DNA of 64,000 nt from Takakia lepidozioides. Taxonomy: Eukaryota > Plantae > Bryophyta. The DNA lies in NCBI GenBank assembly GCA_030704615.1, contig CM060732.1, positions 42,532,001 to 42,596,000 on the forward strand, given 5' to 3'. Below are positions 63,987-64,000 of the stretch, in pieces (within the stretch, counting starts at the first letter, position 1; each line of letters starts with the position of its first letter). The notes beneath the pieces are model-generated. The model was not told the origin of the DNA and did not search any database. It saw only the letters and a program-made list of their open reading frames with translations. Position numbers and translations under genes: made by a program.

Positions 63987-64000
63987 TCTCCCTAGGGGTT

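Overview
Eukaryotic nuclear DNA from a land plant, most likely a non-seed plant such as a bryophyte or lycophyte. This is inferred from gene and transposon content; the species cannot be determined. There are three recognisable host genes: an intronless small conserved plant protein (5800-6087 +), a 6-exon PIA1/PIA2(ANK6)-like ankyrin-repeat gene (25359-29568 -), and, head-to-head with it, a multi-exon importin-beta/transportin-family gene similar to Arabidopsis At1g12930 (31225-43707 +). The rest is mostly transposon-derived. It includes a decayed Ulp1-protease-bearing element (1-5 kb), a gag+integrase element lacking PR/RT/RH (8.5-13 kb), and two fused, rearranged Ty3/Gypsy elements with facing inverted LTRs (13-21.7 kb). 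It also has LINE 3' ends stacked at (CT)n tracts in introns, a TTAA-flanked piggyBac-like MITE, and a Helitron-like tandem/inverted array interrupted by a Mutator-like insert. The most unusual part is 52-64 kb, a co-oriented minus-strand cluster of decayed genes. It contains a spliced gene joining a ParB/Srx-like N-terminus (WDGNHR) to a beta-class N6A/N4C DNA-methyltransferase-like C-terminus, two FCP1/NIF-like HAD phosphatase homologues and unknown ORFs. A conserved 22-bp palindrome lies upstream of four of these coding segments. All calls come from manual reading without database searches; exon and repeat boundaries are approximate unless stated.
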